Part shown: in pieces, positions 13,199 through 25,600 of the stretch
How the letters are laid out: the number at the start of each line of letters is the position of its first letter
Numbering within the stretch: the first letter of the stretch is position 1
Assembly: GCA_002269645.1 (NCBI GenBank)
Contig: NIVC01000514.1
Location: 434,001 to 498,000 of the forward strand
Length of the DNA: 64,000 nucleotides
Origin: Macrostomum lignano
Taxonomy: Eukaryota
Direction of reading: 5' to 3'
Program-made: the position numbers and the translations under genes
Notes under the pieces: model-generated
Seen by the model: only the letters and a program-made list of their open reading frames with translations
Database searches by the model: none
Told to the model about the DNA's origin: nothing

Positions 13199-15774
13199 CG
13201 GCAATCCCTTCAACAGCAGCAGCTGGCCGCTGCTCTCCGCCAGCTGGCTTTCCTTCTTCCACGGCGCCGACTTGCTGGCAGCTCTTCGTCATCCTCATCC
13301 GCGCCCGCTGCCACCCCCGCCCCGGCCGAGCCTCAGCGCCGCCCCCGCCGACAGTCGCCGGCGGCCGCCGCAGCCGCCGCCTCGGACGCAGCAGCCGCAG
13401 CGGTCGGCGCTGCCGCCTCGCCTGACGGCGTCCGGTCGACTCGGCTGCTCACCAACTCGCTGATGGGGCTGGGCAGCTGGAAGACGCGGATCAACTATCC
13501 CATCCTGGAGCAGCAGAGCATGCGGCAGGGCAAGCTGGTGCCGCGCATCACCTGCCAGTATGTCGGCAGCTGCACCTCCTAGGGCCGGCGCCAGTACCAG
13601 GAGGACCGGCTGGTGTACAAAGACCTGCAGGTGCGCTGTTCTATTCGGGTCTTTCAGCTTCCCGTAACCTCCCTGTCTTCAGGTTCCCCCAGCCCGTAAC
13701 CTCCCTGTCTTCAGGTTCCCCCAGCCCGTAACCACCCTGTCTTCAGGTTCCCCCAGCCCGTAACCTCCCTGTCTTCAGGTTCCCCCAACCCGTTACCTCC
13801 CTTTCTTCAGGTCCCCCCAGCCCGTAACCTCCCTGTCTTCAGGTTCCCCCATCCCGTTACCTCCCTTTCTTCAGGTCCCCCCAGCCCGTAACCTCCCTGT
13901 CTTGAGGTCCCTCAGCCCGTATTGAAGTGTTCGGATACTTCAGCTTGCAATGTGGGAGATCGCTACAGATAATCTCCCTGCCGCACCCAGGAGAACCTGC
14001 TGTTCATCGGGATATTCGACGGTCACGGCGACGCTGCGGCCGCCGACTTCCTGGTGGAGCGCCTGCCGGACCTCGCGCACTTCTGGTGCCGCCAGCAGCC
14101 GCGCTTGGACGTGGCGCTCCGCCGCTCCTTCGTGGAGGCCAACAACCTGTTCCAGCGTCACCTGCAGCGGCTCAGCAGCGGCCAGGCCGGTCGTTTCGCC
14201 AGCGGCTCCACCGCCACCGTCTGCCTGCTGCGCAACTCCACCGAACTGGCTGTGGCCAACGTCGGCGACTCCAAAGCGGTGCTGTGCCGCTCCGGCCGGC
14301 CTGAGCTGCTGTCGGTGGACCACGACCCCGCCCTGGAGGAGGAGCAGGCCCGCATTCACGCCCGCGGCGGGGTCGTCACCTCCAACAGTCTAGGCAACCC
14401 CGTGGTCAACGGCCGCCTTAGCATGACCAGGTGAGGTTGGGGCATTCTGATTCGCCTTTGACCATGTCTGATCTCCTGTGTCTGATCCGCCTCTCCCTGT
14501 GTCTGATCCGCCTCTCCCTGTGTCTGATCCACCTCTCCCCGTGTCTGATCCTGTGTCTGATCCGCCTCTCCCTGTGTCTGATCCACCTCTCCCCGTGTCT
14601 GATCCTGTGTCTGATCCGCCTCTCCCTGTGTCTGATCCACCTCTCCCCGTGTCTGATCCTGTGTCTGATCCGCCTCTCCCTGTGTCTGATCCGCCTCTAC
14701 CTGTGTCTGATCCGCCTCTACCTGTGTCTGATCCGCCTCTCCCTGTGTCTGATCCGCCTTTCCTGTGTCTGATCCGCCTCTCCCTGTGTCTGATCCGCCT
14801 TTCCTGTGTCTGATCCGCCTCTCCCTGTGTCTGATCCGCCTCTACCTGTGTCTGATCCGCCTTTCCTGTGTCTGATCCGCCTCTCCCTGTCTGATCCGCC
14901 TCTACCTGTGTCTGATCCGCCTCTCACTGTCTGATCCGCCTCTCACTGTCTGATCCGCCTCTACCTGTGTCTGATCCGCCTCTCACTGTCTGATCCGCCT
15001 CTCACTGTGTCTGATCCGCCTCTCACTGTGTCTGATCCGCCTCTCCCTGTGTCTGATCCGCCTCTCCCTGTGTCTGATCCGCCTCTCCCTGTGTCTGATC
15101 CGCCTCTCACTGTGTCTGATCCGCATCTCACTGTGTCTGATCCGCCTTTCTATGTGTCTGATCCACCTCTCACTGTGTCTGATCCGCCTCTCACTGTCTG
15201 ATCCGCCTCTCACTGTGTCTGATCCGCCTCTACCTGTGTCTGATCCGCCTCTCCCTGTGTCTGATCCGCCTCTCCCTGTGTCTGATCCGCCTCTCCCTGT
15301 GTCTGATCCGCCTCTCACTGTGTCTGATCCGCCTTTCCTGTGTCTGATCCGCCCCCATTTACATGTAGATCTGATCCGCCCCCATTTACATGTTGATCTG
15401 ATCCGCCCCTCCGACTTTGCTCCATCCGCAGGTCCATCGGAGACTGCGAGATGAAGCCCTTCGGCGTGACGGCGCAGCCCCACCTGCGCTGTCTGGAGGT
15501 TCGGCACGGCCGCGACGCCTTCCTGCTGCTGGTGACAGACGGAGTGGCCTTCGTGATGAGCGTCAAGGAGATGGTGGACATCGCGTCGACCTGCGCCACG
15601 CCGCAGGAGGCCGCCGAGATCATCGTTGACCAGGCGATGCAGTTCGGCAGCGAGGACAACACCACGGCGGTGATCCTGCCGTTCGGCTCCTGGGGCAAGT
15701 ACGCCAAGCAGATGAGCTGCATGCCCTACTCCATGGGCCGCAACTTCCTGGCTAACCGCTTCACTTCCAGCTGA
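13199..15774 (+). CDS. PPM1K: PP2C-family phosphatase, PPM1K (PP2Cm) orthologue; in-frame TAG at 13580-13582 as assembled; start codon not located
   Basis: Exons ~13199-13630, 13991-14430 and 15432-15774 have phase-consistent GT/AG junctions. Motifs: W.TRINYPIL...GKLVPRI...GRRQYQEDR, IFDGHG, SGSTATVCLL, VANVGDSKAVLCR, NGRLSMTRSIGD, LVTDGV, GSEDNTT, FGSWGKY, as in animal PPM1K. Confidence 0.9.
13661..13922. repeat. 32-bp minisatellite in a PPM1K intron
   Basis: Unit cccgtaacctccctgtcttcaggttcccccag. Confidence 0.93.
14462..15410. repeat. ~21-bp minisatellite (tctgatccgcctctccctgtg) filling a PPM1K intron
   Basis: Direct tandem periodicity. Confidence 0.95.
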
Positions 15775-16448
15775 ACTGCCCCTGCTTGCCGGCTCTGCTT
15801 GCTTCTGCTGCTCTGAACAATTGCTTACTTCTAGGGGCTGGTCCGTTGCCCTGAGAGGGATCATGGGGTTGGTGGTGAGGGTGCGGCTCAGGGAGTAAAG
15901 GACCATGGGGTTGGTGGTGAGGGTGCGGCTCAGGGAGTGAAGGACCATGAAGTCAAGTTGAAGCGACGCGAATCGCTCAGATCTAAATTTTTTCGTAAAA
16001 AATTCAGTTGTTTCTGTCGTATATTATTGTTAAAATGCGACGCGTCTACTGTCAGTAGTTTACCAATTTTTACACTACGGTGTCATTAGCAGCTGTCGCG
16101 TCAGTAGTTTTGCATTCTTGCGGCATTCAATACTGACAATAGTATAAATTCGCTAAAACTACCTGTGAACAAGACTGACTGTGCGTGAGTCTTTGTACTT
16201 ATACAATATACTTATCTCATTCATAATGTACTTTGCACTATCAGACATTAGCAGCCAGACAGATTCAAGGCACTGTGTGATTCCCAGCCTACAGTGTATT
16301 TTTATTTTTGCCTTTTACTCGTATACACAGGTCGGCAAGAATCTCAAATAAACGGATCCACGATGTGGCGTCTCGCGCCGACTCCAGCATCGCTTCCTTA
16401 TCGGATTTCGCCACCTTATCTGTGTTGCTTTTATTCTGCCAGTCCGAT

Positions 16449-16650
16449 CCACTCAGCCCCTCCCCCAATGTACACTCGCCACTATCAGCCACTCAGCCCC
16501 TCCCCCAATGTACACTCGCCACTATCAGCCACTCAGCCCCTCCCCCAATGTACACTCGCCACTATCAGCCACTCAGCCCCTCCCCCAATGTACACTCGCC
16601 ACTATCAGCCACTCAGCCCCTCTCCCAATGTACACTCGCCACTGTCAGCC
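16449..16650. repeat. 40-bp minisatellite x5 upstream of the DUF1295 gene
   Basis: Unit ccactcagcccctcccccaatgtacactcgccactatcag. Confidence 0.93.
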
Positions 16651-16697
16651 ATAAAACTTTCCCTTCCCACCTCCAGCTGTCCCACCTGAGCTCCGCA

Positions 16698-18191
16698 ATG
16701 GGTAACGCAGTTATCAAGCTGACAGGCCTCAGCATGGGCATCCAGTGGGCCTGCTTTCCCGTGGCCTACTACCTGGGCACCGAGAAATTCTACGACATCG
16801 CCGGAGCTGTCACCCACCTGGCCCTGCTGGGATTCGCCACCAAGCGGCTGTTCCCTCCAGTTGGGCTGCGCGGCTGGGCGCCCGTCTGCATGGCCGGCCT
16901 GTGGACCCTGCGGCTGGGATGCTTCCTGGGCTACCGGGGCCTGCGCTCCGGTGACCGCCGATTCAACCGGATCAAGGTGAGGGCATAGTTCAGGTGGTGT
17001 ATATTAACTACCTGTTTCCTAATTTCGCTTAAACGTAATATTATCTACCTGAATTCCAATGATCTCAAACTAATCAAATCAAGCCCCAGCTTAATTGGGT
17101 TCCTAATCATCCCCAACCCTAATTATCCCTAACCCTAATCTCCCCAACCCTAATTATCCCTAACCCTAATCTCCCCAACCCTAATTATCCCTAACCCTAA
17201 TCTCCCCAACCCTAATTATCCCTAACCCTAATCTCCCCAACCCTAATTATCCCTAACCCTAATCATCCCCAACCCTAATTATCCCTAACCCTAATCTCCC
17301 CAACCCTAATTATCCCTAACCCTAATCTCCCGAACTCTAATCATCCCCAGCCCTAATCCCTTCCTTAATTATCCCCAACTCTAATCATCTCGAACTCTAT
17401 TCCCATCCTTAATTATCCTCATTCTAATCATCTCGAACCCTAATCCTATCCTTAATTATCCCCAAATCTAATGATCCCAAACCCTAATCCCATCCTTAAT
17501 TATCCTCAACTCTAATCATCTCGAACCCTAATCCCATCCTTAATTATCCCCAAATCTAATTATCCCAAACCCTAATCCTATCCTTAATTATCCCCAAATC
17601 TAATCATCCCGAACCCTAATCCCATCCTTAATTATCCCCAGCTCTAATTATCCCCAACCGGCATCTCCCCATCGCCAGACTCAGCCGGGCGCCTTCCTAG
17701 CCGCCTGGACCATGCAGGGCGCGTGGGCGCTGGGCAACCTGGCGCCAACCCTCACCGCTCTGGCCTGCATGTCGGCCGCCGGTGCCGCAGCGGCCCGCCG
17801 TCCGGTGTGCCTGCGCGAGCAGCTGGGCTGGGCGCTGTTCTGCTTCGGCCTGACCATCGAGGCCGTGGCCGACTGGCAGAAGCTGGCGTTCAGGTCCGAC
17901 CCGGACAACGCCAGGCGCTTCATCTCCAGCGGGCTGTGGGCTTGCAGCCGGCACCCCAACTACTTTGGCGAGCTGTGCCTGTGGGCGGGCCTCGCCATCG
18001 CCGCCTCCGCAAGCTTCAGCCGGCCGCTGCACTGGGCGAGCCTGGCCGGGCCGGTGCTGAACTCCTGCCTGGTGCTGTTCGTGTCCGGCCTGCCGCTGCT
18101 GGAGGCCGCGGCCAGGAAGCGATGGGGCTCCGACCCCGCCTACCAGGAGTACGAGAGCCGGACTCCCCTGCTGGTGCCGCGCCTGTTCTAG
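16698..18191 (+). CDS. DUF1295 / steroid 5-alpha-reductase-like membrane protein
   Basis: Exon 16698-16976 (ATG...TEKFYDIAG...LWTLRLG.FL..R...GDRRFNRIK) joins in phase 0 to exon 17679-18191 (EAVADWQKLAF...FISSGLWACSRHPNYFGELCLW...SGLPLLE...WGSDPAYQEY), which are the DUF1295 signatures. Confidence 0.88.
17110..17657. repeat. CCCTAA-rich degenerate minisatellite filling the DUF1295 intron
   Basis: Units such as ccctaattatccctaaccctaatctccccaa. Confidence 0.9.
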
Positions 18192-18826
18192 GCTGCCGAC
18201 CTTCCACTGACAAGACTTCTGTGTCCGCGTAGATTTACACGATTCTTATCCTGATCGGGCTTTGATTTTGATGCTTGATTTATCTGGGGATGGAGATTTT
18301 GATGAGATCTTCAAGTCAACTCTCTTAAAAGGGTGAGATTTTGAAGTTCCCATCTGATTGGGGTGAGATTTTGAAGTTCCCATCCGATTGGGGTGAGATT
18401 TTGAAGTTACCATCTAATTAGGGTGAGATTTTGAAGTTCCCATCTGATTGGGGTGAGATCTGGCAGTTTGGAGTTTCTATATCGTCAGGATGATTCCATT
18501 TAAGTTTTTGACGTTTTCTTTAAAATTGTGTTCTGAGAAATGCTTTAGAATGATTGGCCCAATGCGCACTGCTTAAATTCACTCGGAGATTTGATATTAA
18601 ATTTGAGTCCTGTCTCCTACATGGCTTCTTTGTGAGTTGAGTTTTCTGGACTGTTTAATATCGATAAGACCGGAGCTGGTTCCAATTTTTATAAATGCGG
18701 TTCACCTTCAATTTTTCATTTTCACCTTCTTAATTTTAGTAGAAAAAATATACCATCAACTTAGACCAACTTGTTCAATTTAGTTTTTCAATCCAATTCT
18801 AATCAGTTGCTTATTCAGTAAGTCCT

Positions 18827-19279
18827 CCAGAACAAAGACCGCAGTGCACCAGTCACTTATTCACCAGTGCCCAGGCTCACACCAGAACAAAGACCGCAGT
18901 GCACCAGTCACTTATTCACCAGTGCCCAGGCTCACACCAGAACAAAGACCGCAGTGCACCAGTCACATATTCACCAGTGCCCAGGCTCACACCAGAACAA
19001 AGACCGCAGTGCACCAGTCACATATTCACCTGTGCCCAGGCTCACACCAGAACAAAGACCGCAGTGCACCAGTCACATATTCACCAGTGCCCAAGATTAC
19101 ACCAGAACAAAGACCACAGTGCACCAGTCACTTATTCACCAGTGCCCAGGCTCACACCAGAACAAAGACCGCAGTGCACCAGTCACATATTCACCAGTGC
19201 CCAGGCTCACACCAGAACAAAGACCGCAGTGCACCAGTCACATATTCACCAGTGCCCAGGCCCAAACCAGAACAAAGAC
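18827..19279. repeat. 55-bp minisatellite upstream of the ankyrin gene (plus a 30-bp array at ~18330-18460)
   Basis: Unit cagaacaaagaccgcagtgcaccagtcacttattcaccagtgcccaggctcacac. Confidence 0.93.
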
Positions 19280-19292
19280 TCCGCCGCTCTCT

Positions 19293-20615
19293 CCGCAGTC
19301 CCAGTCACCCGCCGACGAGTCTGTCGATGACGCCAGCCGGGCCTGCTGCTGCGCCGACGTTCTGCGGCGCGCCGGGACGTCGCCAATGGCGGTCTCCGTC
19401 GAGGGCCTCTGCGAGTGGGCGGTGGCCGACCTGCACTGCCGCACCTGGCCGGGTGCCTGCCGCCAACTGCCACCACCGCCGCTGCCGCCAACGACGTCGC
19501 AGTCGATTAAGTCGCTGTCGGAGGCCGTTGCCGCCGATGATGCGGCGCTACTCAGCCGCCTTCTGCTGGAAGGCGCGGTCGCAGCCGACTCGAAGGAGGC
19601 GGACGCCCTGCTGGCTGAGGCGGCCGGCCGCGGCCTGGCCGGAGTCTGCCACCAGCTGCTGCTGTCGCTGACGCCGCCGCCCACCGAGGAGGGGCGCGAA
19701 GCTGCGCTGATGGCGGCTGCGGAGGCCGGCGCCGTCGTGAGCTGCGCCGTCTTGCTGGGCCACGGCGTTCGTCCGCGTCAGCCTGCGCTGCGTCTGGCGC
19801 TGGCGTCCGGTTGCCAAGCAACCGTCCTGCTGCTGCTGCGCGCAGGGGCGCCTTTCAGCGCATCTGGACTGGTGAGGATTCTGAAAGGCTGCGAGTGGGT
19901 TGCGTTGGAAATGGCCTTCCATTGAGCTCGTAACTGCAGTGACAGTCTGGTTGCCCGAGTGACAGTCTGATTGGCGGAGTGACAGTCTGATATTTGCCGA
20001 GTGACAGTCTGGTTGCCCGAGTGACAGTCTGATTGGCGGAGTGACAATCCCTGCCGCCCAATTTCGAATTTCCAGTCGCCCAGCTTCGGCCTGAGCTGCC
20101 CTACCTGGCCGCAGCCGCAGGCGCTACTGGACTGGTCAGCGCAGCACCTGGCCGCCTGCGTCGCCGAGCTCAGGCGCGCAATTCCCCGTCTGCGCGTCCT
20201 CCGCTACCTGCTGTCCGGCCAGCACCCGCGCGGTCCCGTGCTAGTGGAGCCCGACCGCGTCGCAGTGGACCTCTGCCTGGATGCCGTTCCGGCCGCAGAC
20301 GGGGCTCCGGGCGGCTCCCAGCAGCTGCTGGTGCTGGCGACTTGCCTGGTGGGTTACACTGGCTACCCCGCACCGCTGATCCGCCTGTGGCCCTGCGTCG
20401 CCTTCGCCGAGCTCAACAGCAGCGGCGTCGACGCGCTGACGCCGATGCCGAAGTGGCCGGGCGGCGGCCGGGCCGGCAGCGTCCACCGGCTGTCGGGCCT
20501 GCAGCCGGAGCGCGGCTGCCTGCTGCGGGTGGCGATGGCGCCGGAGAGGCTGCGGCTGCCGCGCTACCGCTTCCTGCTGGCCGCCTTCCAGGTCGAGCTG
20601 CCCGCGTCCGGCTGA
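19293..20615 (+). CDS. Ankyrin-repeat-like protein with an unassigned C-terminal domain
   Basis: Exon ~19293-19871 has degenerate ankyrin motifs (ALMAAAEAGAVVSCAVLLGHG; ALRLALASGCQATVLLLLRAGA). It joins via GT 19872 / AG 20075 in phase 0 to exon 20076-20615, which ends in TGA. GC-rich codon pattern as in neighbouring genes; 5' end uncertain (possible ATG at ~19386). Confidence 0.65.
19936..20047. repeat. 20-bp minisatellite in the ankyrin-gene intron
   Basis: Unit gtgacagtctggttgcccga and variants. Confidence 0.9.
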
Positions 20616-20719
20616 CGGCCCGGCGAGCGTTGCTGTCTCACCTGCTGCTATCAGAGCTCATTATGACCAGAATTCATCAGTTCATCTTAATGTAACCGGA
20701 GTTTGTGATTCACTCCCAT

Positions 20720-20898
20720 TATGACCAGAATTTGTGATTTAGTTCCGCTATGACCGGAATTCCTGATATGACCGCTATGACCGGAATTCCTGATATGACC
20801 GCTATGACCGGAATTCCTGATATGACCGCTATGACCAGAATTCCTGATATCATGATATGACCGCTTTGACTAGAATTCCTAATACGGCCGCTATGACC
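20720..20898. repeat. 27-bp minisatellite
   Basis: Unit atgaccggaattcctgatatgaccgct. Confidence 0.88.
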
Positions 20899-21649
20899 AG
20901 AAAAAATTATAAAGCACGCTGGCAATAATGCCCTTATTCGAGTATGCCCAGATTGGATTATAATATTCCTATATTGATCCGAATATGCATGTATATTGTA
21001 TAAGTATCACTGTGATCGCAATTTATTGTTCAAGTCCTTAATGAGCAGAATTTTTATGTAATATCACTATAACCAGACTTAATAGTCAATCCAAATCTAA
21101 ATTACGCTTGCCAGATTCACAGCTGTGAATGCAATGCCGCGTGCTCCTGATTTGCTTTATTCATCTGGCTATTATTCGCTGCATTTTCCATATAATATAA
21201 TAATAATAGTCACTGCTCCAAGTGCCTCATTGATTTGATGCACATGATGATGATAACAGATTCCAAATACACTGCTGTGAGCAGCTGCTCTCTCGTGTTT
21301 ACTGCTTGAAATTCAACCGAGCCCTCCGGCCAGCACCGGCCCGAGCACTCGGTTCGGACTTGGCTGTTTTATGACGAATCAAACCAAAATTTGCATAGCC
21401 TGATTGATGAGGTCAGCGCGGCTTTTCAAGAATTATAAAGGAGTTAAGCCAGACGGGCATTTGCTTATCACTCAAAACAGCGATGGAGCGAAGGGGGATG
21501 CAGGGCAGCATGAGGCGGACAGCATCGTGTATATTTGCTGTGTAGCGATATTCATACATATTTGCACTGAACCGCACCGCAGCAGGGTGCAGCTTTGCAC
21601 ACAGACTGGTAGACTCAGTCTGTATTAGTCTGTGCATAGGCTGTACTCG

Positions 21650-21842
21650 TAATCTGTACACAGGCTGCACTTCAGTCTGTACACACAGGCTGCATGTACT
21701 TCAGTCTGTACACACAGGCTGCATGCACTTCAGTCTGTACACACAGGCTGCACTTCAGTCTGTACACACAGGCTGCACTTCAGTCTGTACACACAGGCTG
21801 CACTTCAGTCTGTACACACAGGCTGCACTTCGGACTGTACAC
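21650..21842. repeat. 25-bp minisatellite
   Basis: Unit cacaggctgcacttcagtctgtaca. Confidence 0.9.
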
Positions 21843-22606
21843 AGGGGTAAAATTTGCAGGAAAACACAGGTAAAGTATTGACTCTTCAAAGATAAAAAGC
21901 TGCAAAACTGGGGCCGAGCTGAGACCAAAAGCGAACAGAAGTGTTAAGTTAAAAACCTGAAAGAAATCTCATCAAATCTGATCTCAGTGGGTGGCGGATG
22001 ATGAGCGGAGACAGATGAGTGCCATAAAAACATCCGGGTCACAGGCGGGCGACTAGGACGCGATAAAACAGACAAGCGAATAAAACAGCTGCTGAGGTAG
22101 GAGATGACAGGAGGTCATGACTGACTAATTAATAAAGCGTCACAATGTACACACTAATAGCCAGGTGCTGCATAGACAAAGCGAAGGCACTGCGCGGCTG
22201 GCCCGAACGCCTTCGCTTGCAATTAAATAGTGGGTAAGAGTGCCTACACAGTTGAATTTGTCATAGCAGAGTGCAGTTAGTTCGCATCCCATGGGGATAA
22301 AATGAACTCTCTATATAAAAACAGTATCACAAGCTTTGCTAAAAATGATTGTTCGACAGTTGGGGGGGGACTGTTTTACACTGCGGGGGGGGGGCAATTA
22401 TATCAAGTCCGGGACTCGAACGCCGCAAACTAAGGAGGCACGCATATAATTTATTCATAGAGCTACATTTATCTGACAGCAGGGCACATGTGCAGAGTAC
22501 AGTCGGTGCTGATAAATTTACAGTTCAATAAATATGCATAAATAGCCGTGTTCCGCATCATCCATGCACTGCAGCTGGGCAATTCTGGCCGCTTTTGACC
22601 GCCCGC

Positions 22607-25600
22607 TCAGACCCGGTCGATGCCGCCTGCCGCCTCCGCCTCCCCGGCCGTCTCCTCCTCCAGCGGCTCGCCACCGAAGCCGCCGCCGCAGGTTCCGACA
22701 ACCGGGTTGACTTCACCGTCGTCCTCGGCTTCGAAGTCGCCGTTCTCCAGCAGGTTCAGCGTGCTCTCCGTCTGGGCGCTCATCGTTAGCAGCTGCGGCT
22801 GATGGAGCAGCAGGTGCTGCTGGCGGCGCTGCTTGTACTGCCGGGCCATGCCAAAGAACTTGCGAGCCATCTCGGCGAACCGGCGGCCCGACACTGCGGT
22901 GGGGGATGGCGAGAATTCGATGGCCGCCTCTGCAAACCACTGCCCGCCTCCACACTCACCACTGCCCGCTTCCACACTCACCACTGCCCGCTTCCACACT
23001 CACCACTGCCCGCTTCCACACTCACCACTGCCCGCTTCCACTCGCCACTGCCCGCTTCCACACTCGCCACTGCCCGCTTCCACACTCACCACTGCCCGCT
23101 TCCACACTCACCCCTGCCCGCTTCCACACTCGCCACTGCCCGCTTCCACACTCACCACTGCCCGCTTCCACACTCACAATTATATTGCTTGCTTCCACAC
23201 TCGCCACTGCCCGCTTCCACACTCACAATTATATTGCTTGCTTCCACACTCGCCACTGCCCGCTTCCACACTCACCACTGCCCGCTTCCACACTCACCAC
23301 TGCCCGCTTCCACACTCACCAATGCCCGCCTCCACACTCACCACTGCCCGCTTCCACACTCACCACTGCTTGCTTCCACACTCACCACTGCCCGCTTCCA
23401 CACTCACCACTGCCCGCTTCCACACTCACCACTGCCCATTTCCACACTCGCCACTGCCCGCTTCCACACTCGCCACTGCCCGCTTCCACACTCGCCACTG
23501 CCCGCTTCCACACTCACAATTATATTGCTTGCTTCCACACTCGCCACTGCCCGCTTCCACACTCACCACTGCCCGCTTCCACACAAACTACTGCCCGCTT
23601 CCACACTCACAATCATATTGCTCGCTTCCACACTCGCCACTGCCCGCTTCCACACTCACCACTGCCCGCTTCCACACTCGCCACTGCCCGCTTCCACACT
23701 CGCCACTGCCCGCTTCCACACTCACCAATGCCCGCCTCCACACAAACTACTGCCCGCTTCCACACTCACCAATGCCCGCCTCCACACTCACAATCATATT
23801 GCTTGCTTCCACACTCACCAATGCCCGCCTCCACACTAACTACTGCCCGCTTCCACACTCACAATCATATTGCTCGCTTCCACACTCGCCACTGCCCGCT
23901 TCCACACTCGCCACTGCCCGCTTCCATACTCGCCACTGCCCGCTTCCATACTCGCCACTGCCCGCTTCCATACTCGCCACTGCCCGCTTCCACACTCACC
24001 AATGCCCGCCTCCACACTCACCAATGCCCGCTTCCACACTCGCCACTGCCCGCTTCCACACTCGCCACTGCCCGCTTCCATACTCGCCACTGCCCGCTTC
24101 CACACTCACCAATGCCCGCCTCCACACTAACTACTGCCCGCTTCCACACTCTAAATAAAGCTTCTACACCCGCAATACCAGCTTCCGACCTTGGAACCCG
24201 ATTCCAGCCCGCACACGCTACCAAAATTCACGCATCGAGCTCGCCCAACTCACTTTTCCCCATGTGCCGCAGCTGGCTATTGAGGTCGTCGCCGCCAGCA
24301 GCTCCTGTCTGGGAGGCAGCGCCGCCGACATCTGACTTGCCCGACGACTCCATGGGCGACTGGTCGGCGCCGCAGCCATCTGCGCGGCAAAGAGGGTGAG
24401 ATTAGAGATTTTCACTGAGACAAGGAAAGCTCTCTGCCCGAGATGAGATTTCGGTCTCTGACTGCTTACCCGTTGGCGCCAGGCCGCCCGGCACCAGCTG
24501 GCCAGTTTCAACTATGGAGGTCACCGGCATCGACGGTCGAGGCGGCGGCGGCAGGAACGGCGGCGGTGGGAAGGCCGGCTGCGGCGGCGGCTGCATCGGG
24601 TAGGCCGGAGGTGACGGCACCGCGGCGGCGGGGGCGGGCTGCGAGTAGGAGCGTGCATGCGGCTGCGGCTGCTGCTGCCAGTGCCCGGCCGGCTGCGTCA
24701 GCATGAGGCGGCGGGTGCGGCGGCTGCTGTCCCGCTGCAGGGTGCGCATGAAGTCGCTGTCGTTGCGCAGCAGGGACAGAAACTCTTCGTTCTGCAGGGC
24801 GATGGCCAGCCGCTCGTCTGCCAGAATCTGATTGTACACCGCGCTGTGGCTCTGCGGCTGCTGGTGCGAGAGTCCGTTGCTATGGTAACTAGATGATGGA
24901 GAAATCGCCTGCGGCTGCTGAAGAAGCTGCTGCTGCTGCCAGGAGACTCCGCTCGGCCTTTGACGCGGAAGCTGCTGAGGCGGCGTCTCCGGCAGCTGGT
25001 CGGTGGGGTCGCGGGGCCTCCCGCTGCCGCTGCCAGCGCTTCTGTGGCCTCCGCCGCTGCCCCCGCCGCCGGTCCTGTGGTGATGATGGTAGCGGCCGCA
25101 GTTGCTGCACTTGTGGTGGTGGCTGCGACTGCGACCGGAGGCGCCGCCGCTACGCCCGCCGCCCTGCCGTCCGGCGGAGCCCGCGGTGGCGGCGACAGAC
25201 GCGGCCGAAGAGGCGGTGGAGGCGGTGGCGCCGGCCGAGCCGCTGGCGGGCGTCGAGATGCGCAGGAAATCGTCGGGCAGGGCGCCAAGCAGCGGGGGGT
25301 TCCAGCGCCGGTAGCCGGAGGAGCCGCCGGATGAGGCAGCCGCTGGAACTGCGGCAGCGGACGAGGCGCAGGCAGCGGAGGCTCGGAAGTTGTAGCTGCT
25401 GAATGTTGTCGCCGAAGGCTGCGAGTGCGACCGGTGATGCCCGCCTGCTGCTGGCGCTGCCGCTGTTATTGGCGCTGCCGCTGAGGCTGGCGGAGGCGGC
25501 GGTGAAGGCGGCGGAGGCGCCTGCTGTTGCGGCTGCAGTGACGACAGGCCGTGACGAATTCCGCCGCCATGCCTGCCGCTGCCGCCCTGCCTGGAGTGCT

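Noticed and set aside
13580-13582. TAG reassignment (alternative genetic code)
   Set aside because: No other in-frame TAG occurs in the intact genes, including more than 2,100 codons of the SecA-like ORF, and TAG terminates the DUF1295 gene.
22802-24399. His/Cys/Pro-rich 345-497 aa ORFs
   Set aside because: They are translations of the 22-bp intronic array of CUEDC1, cycling through frames.
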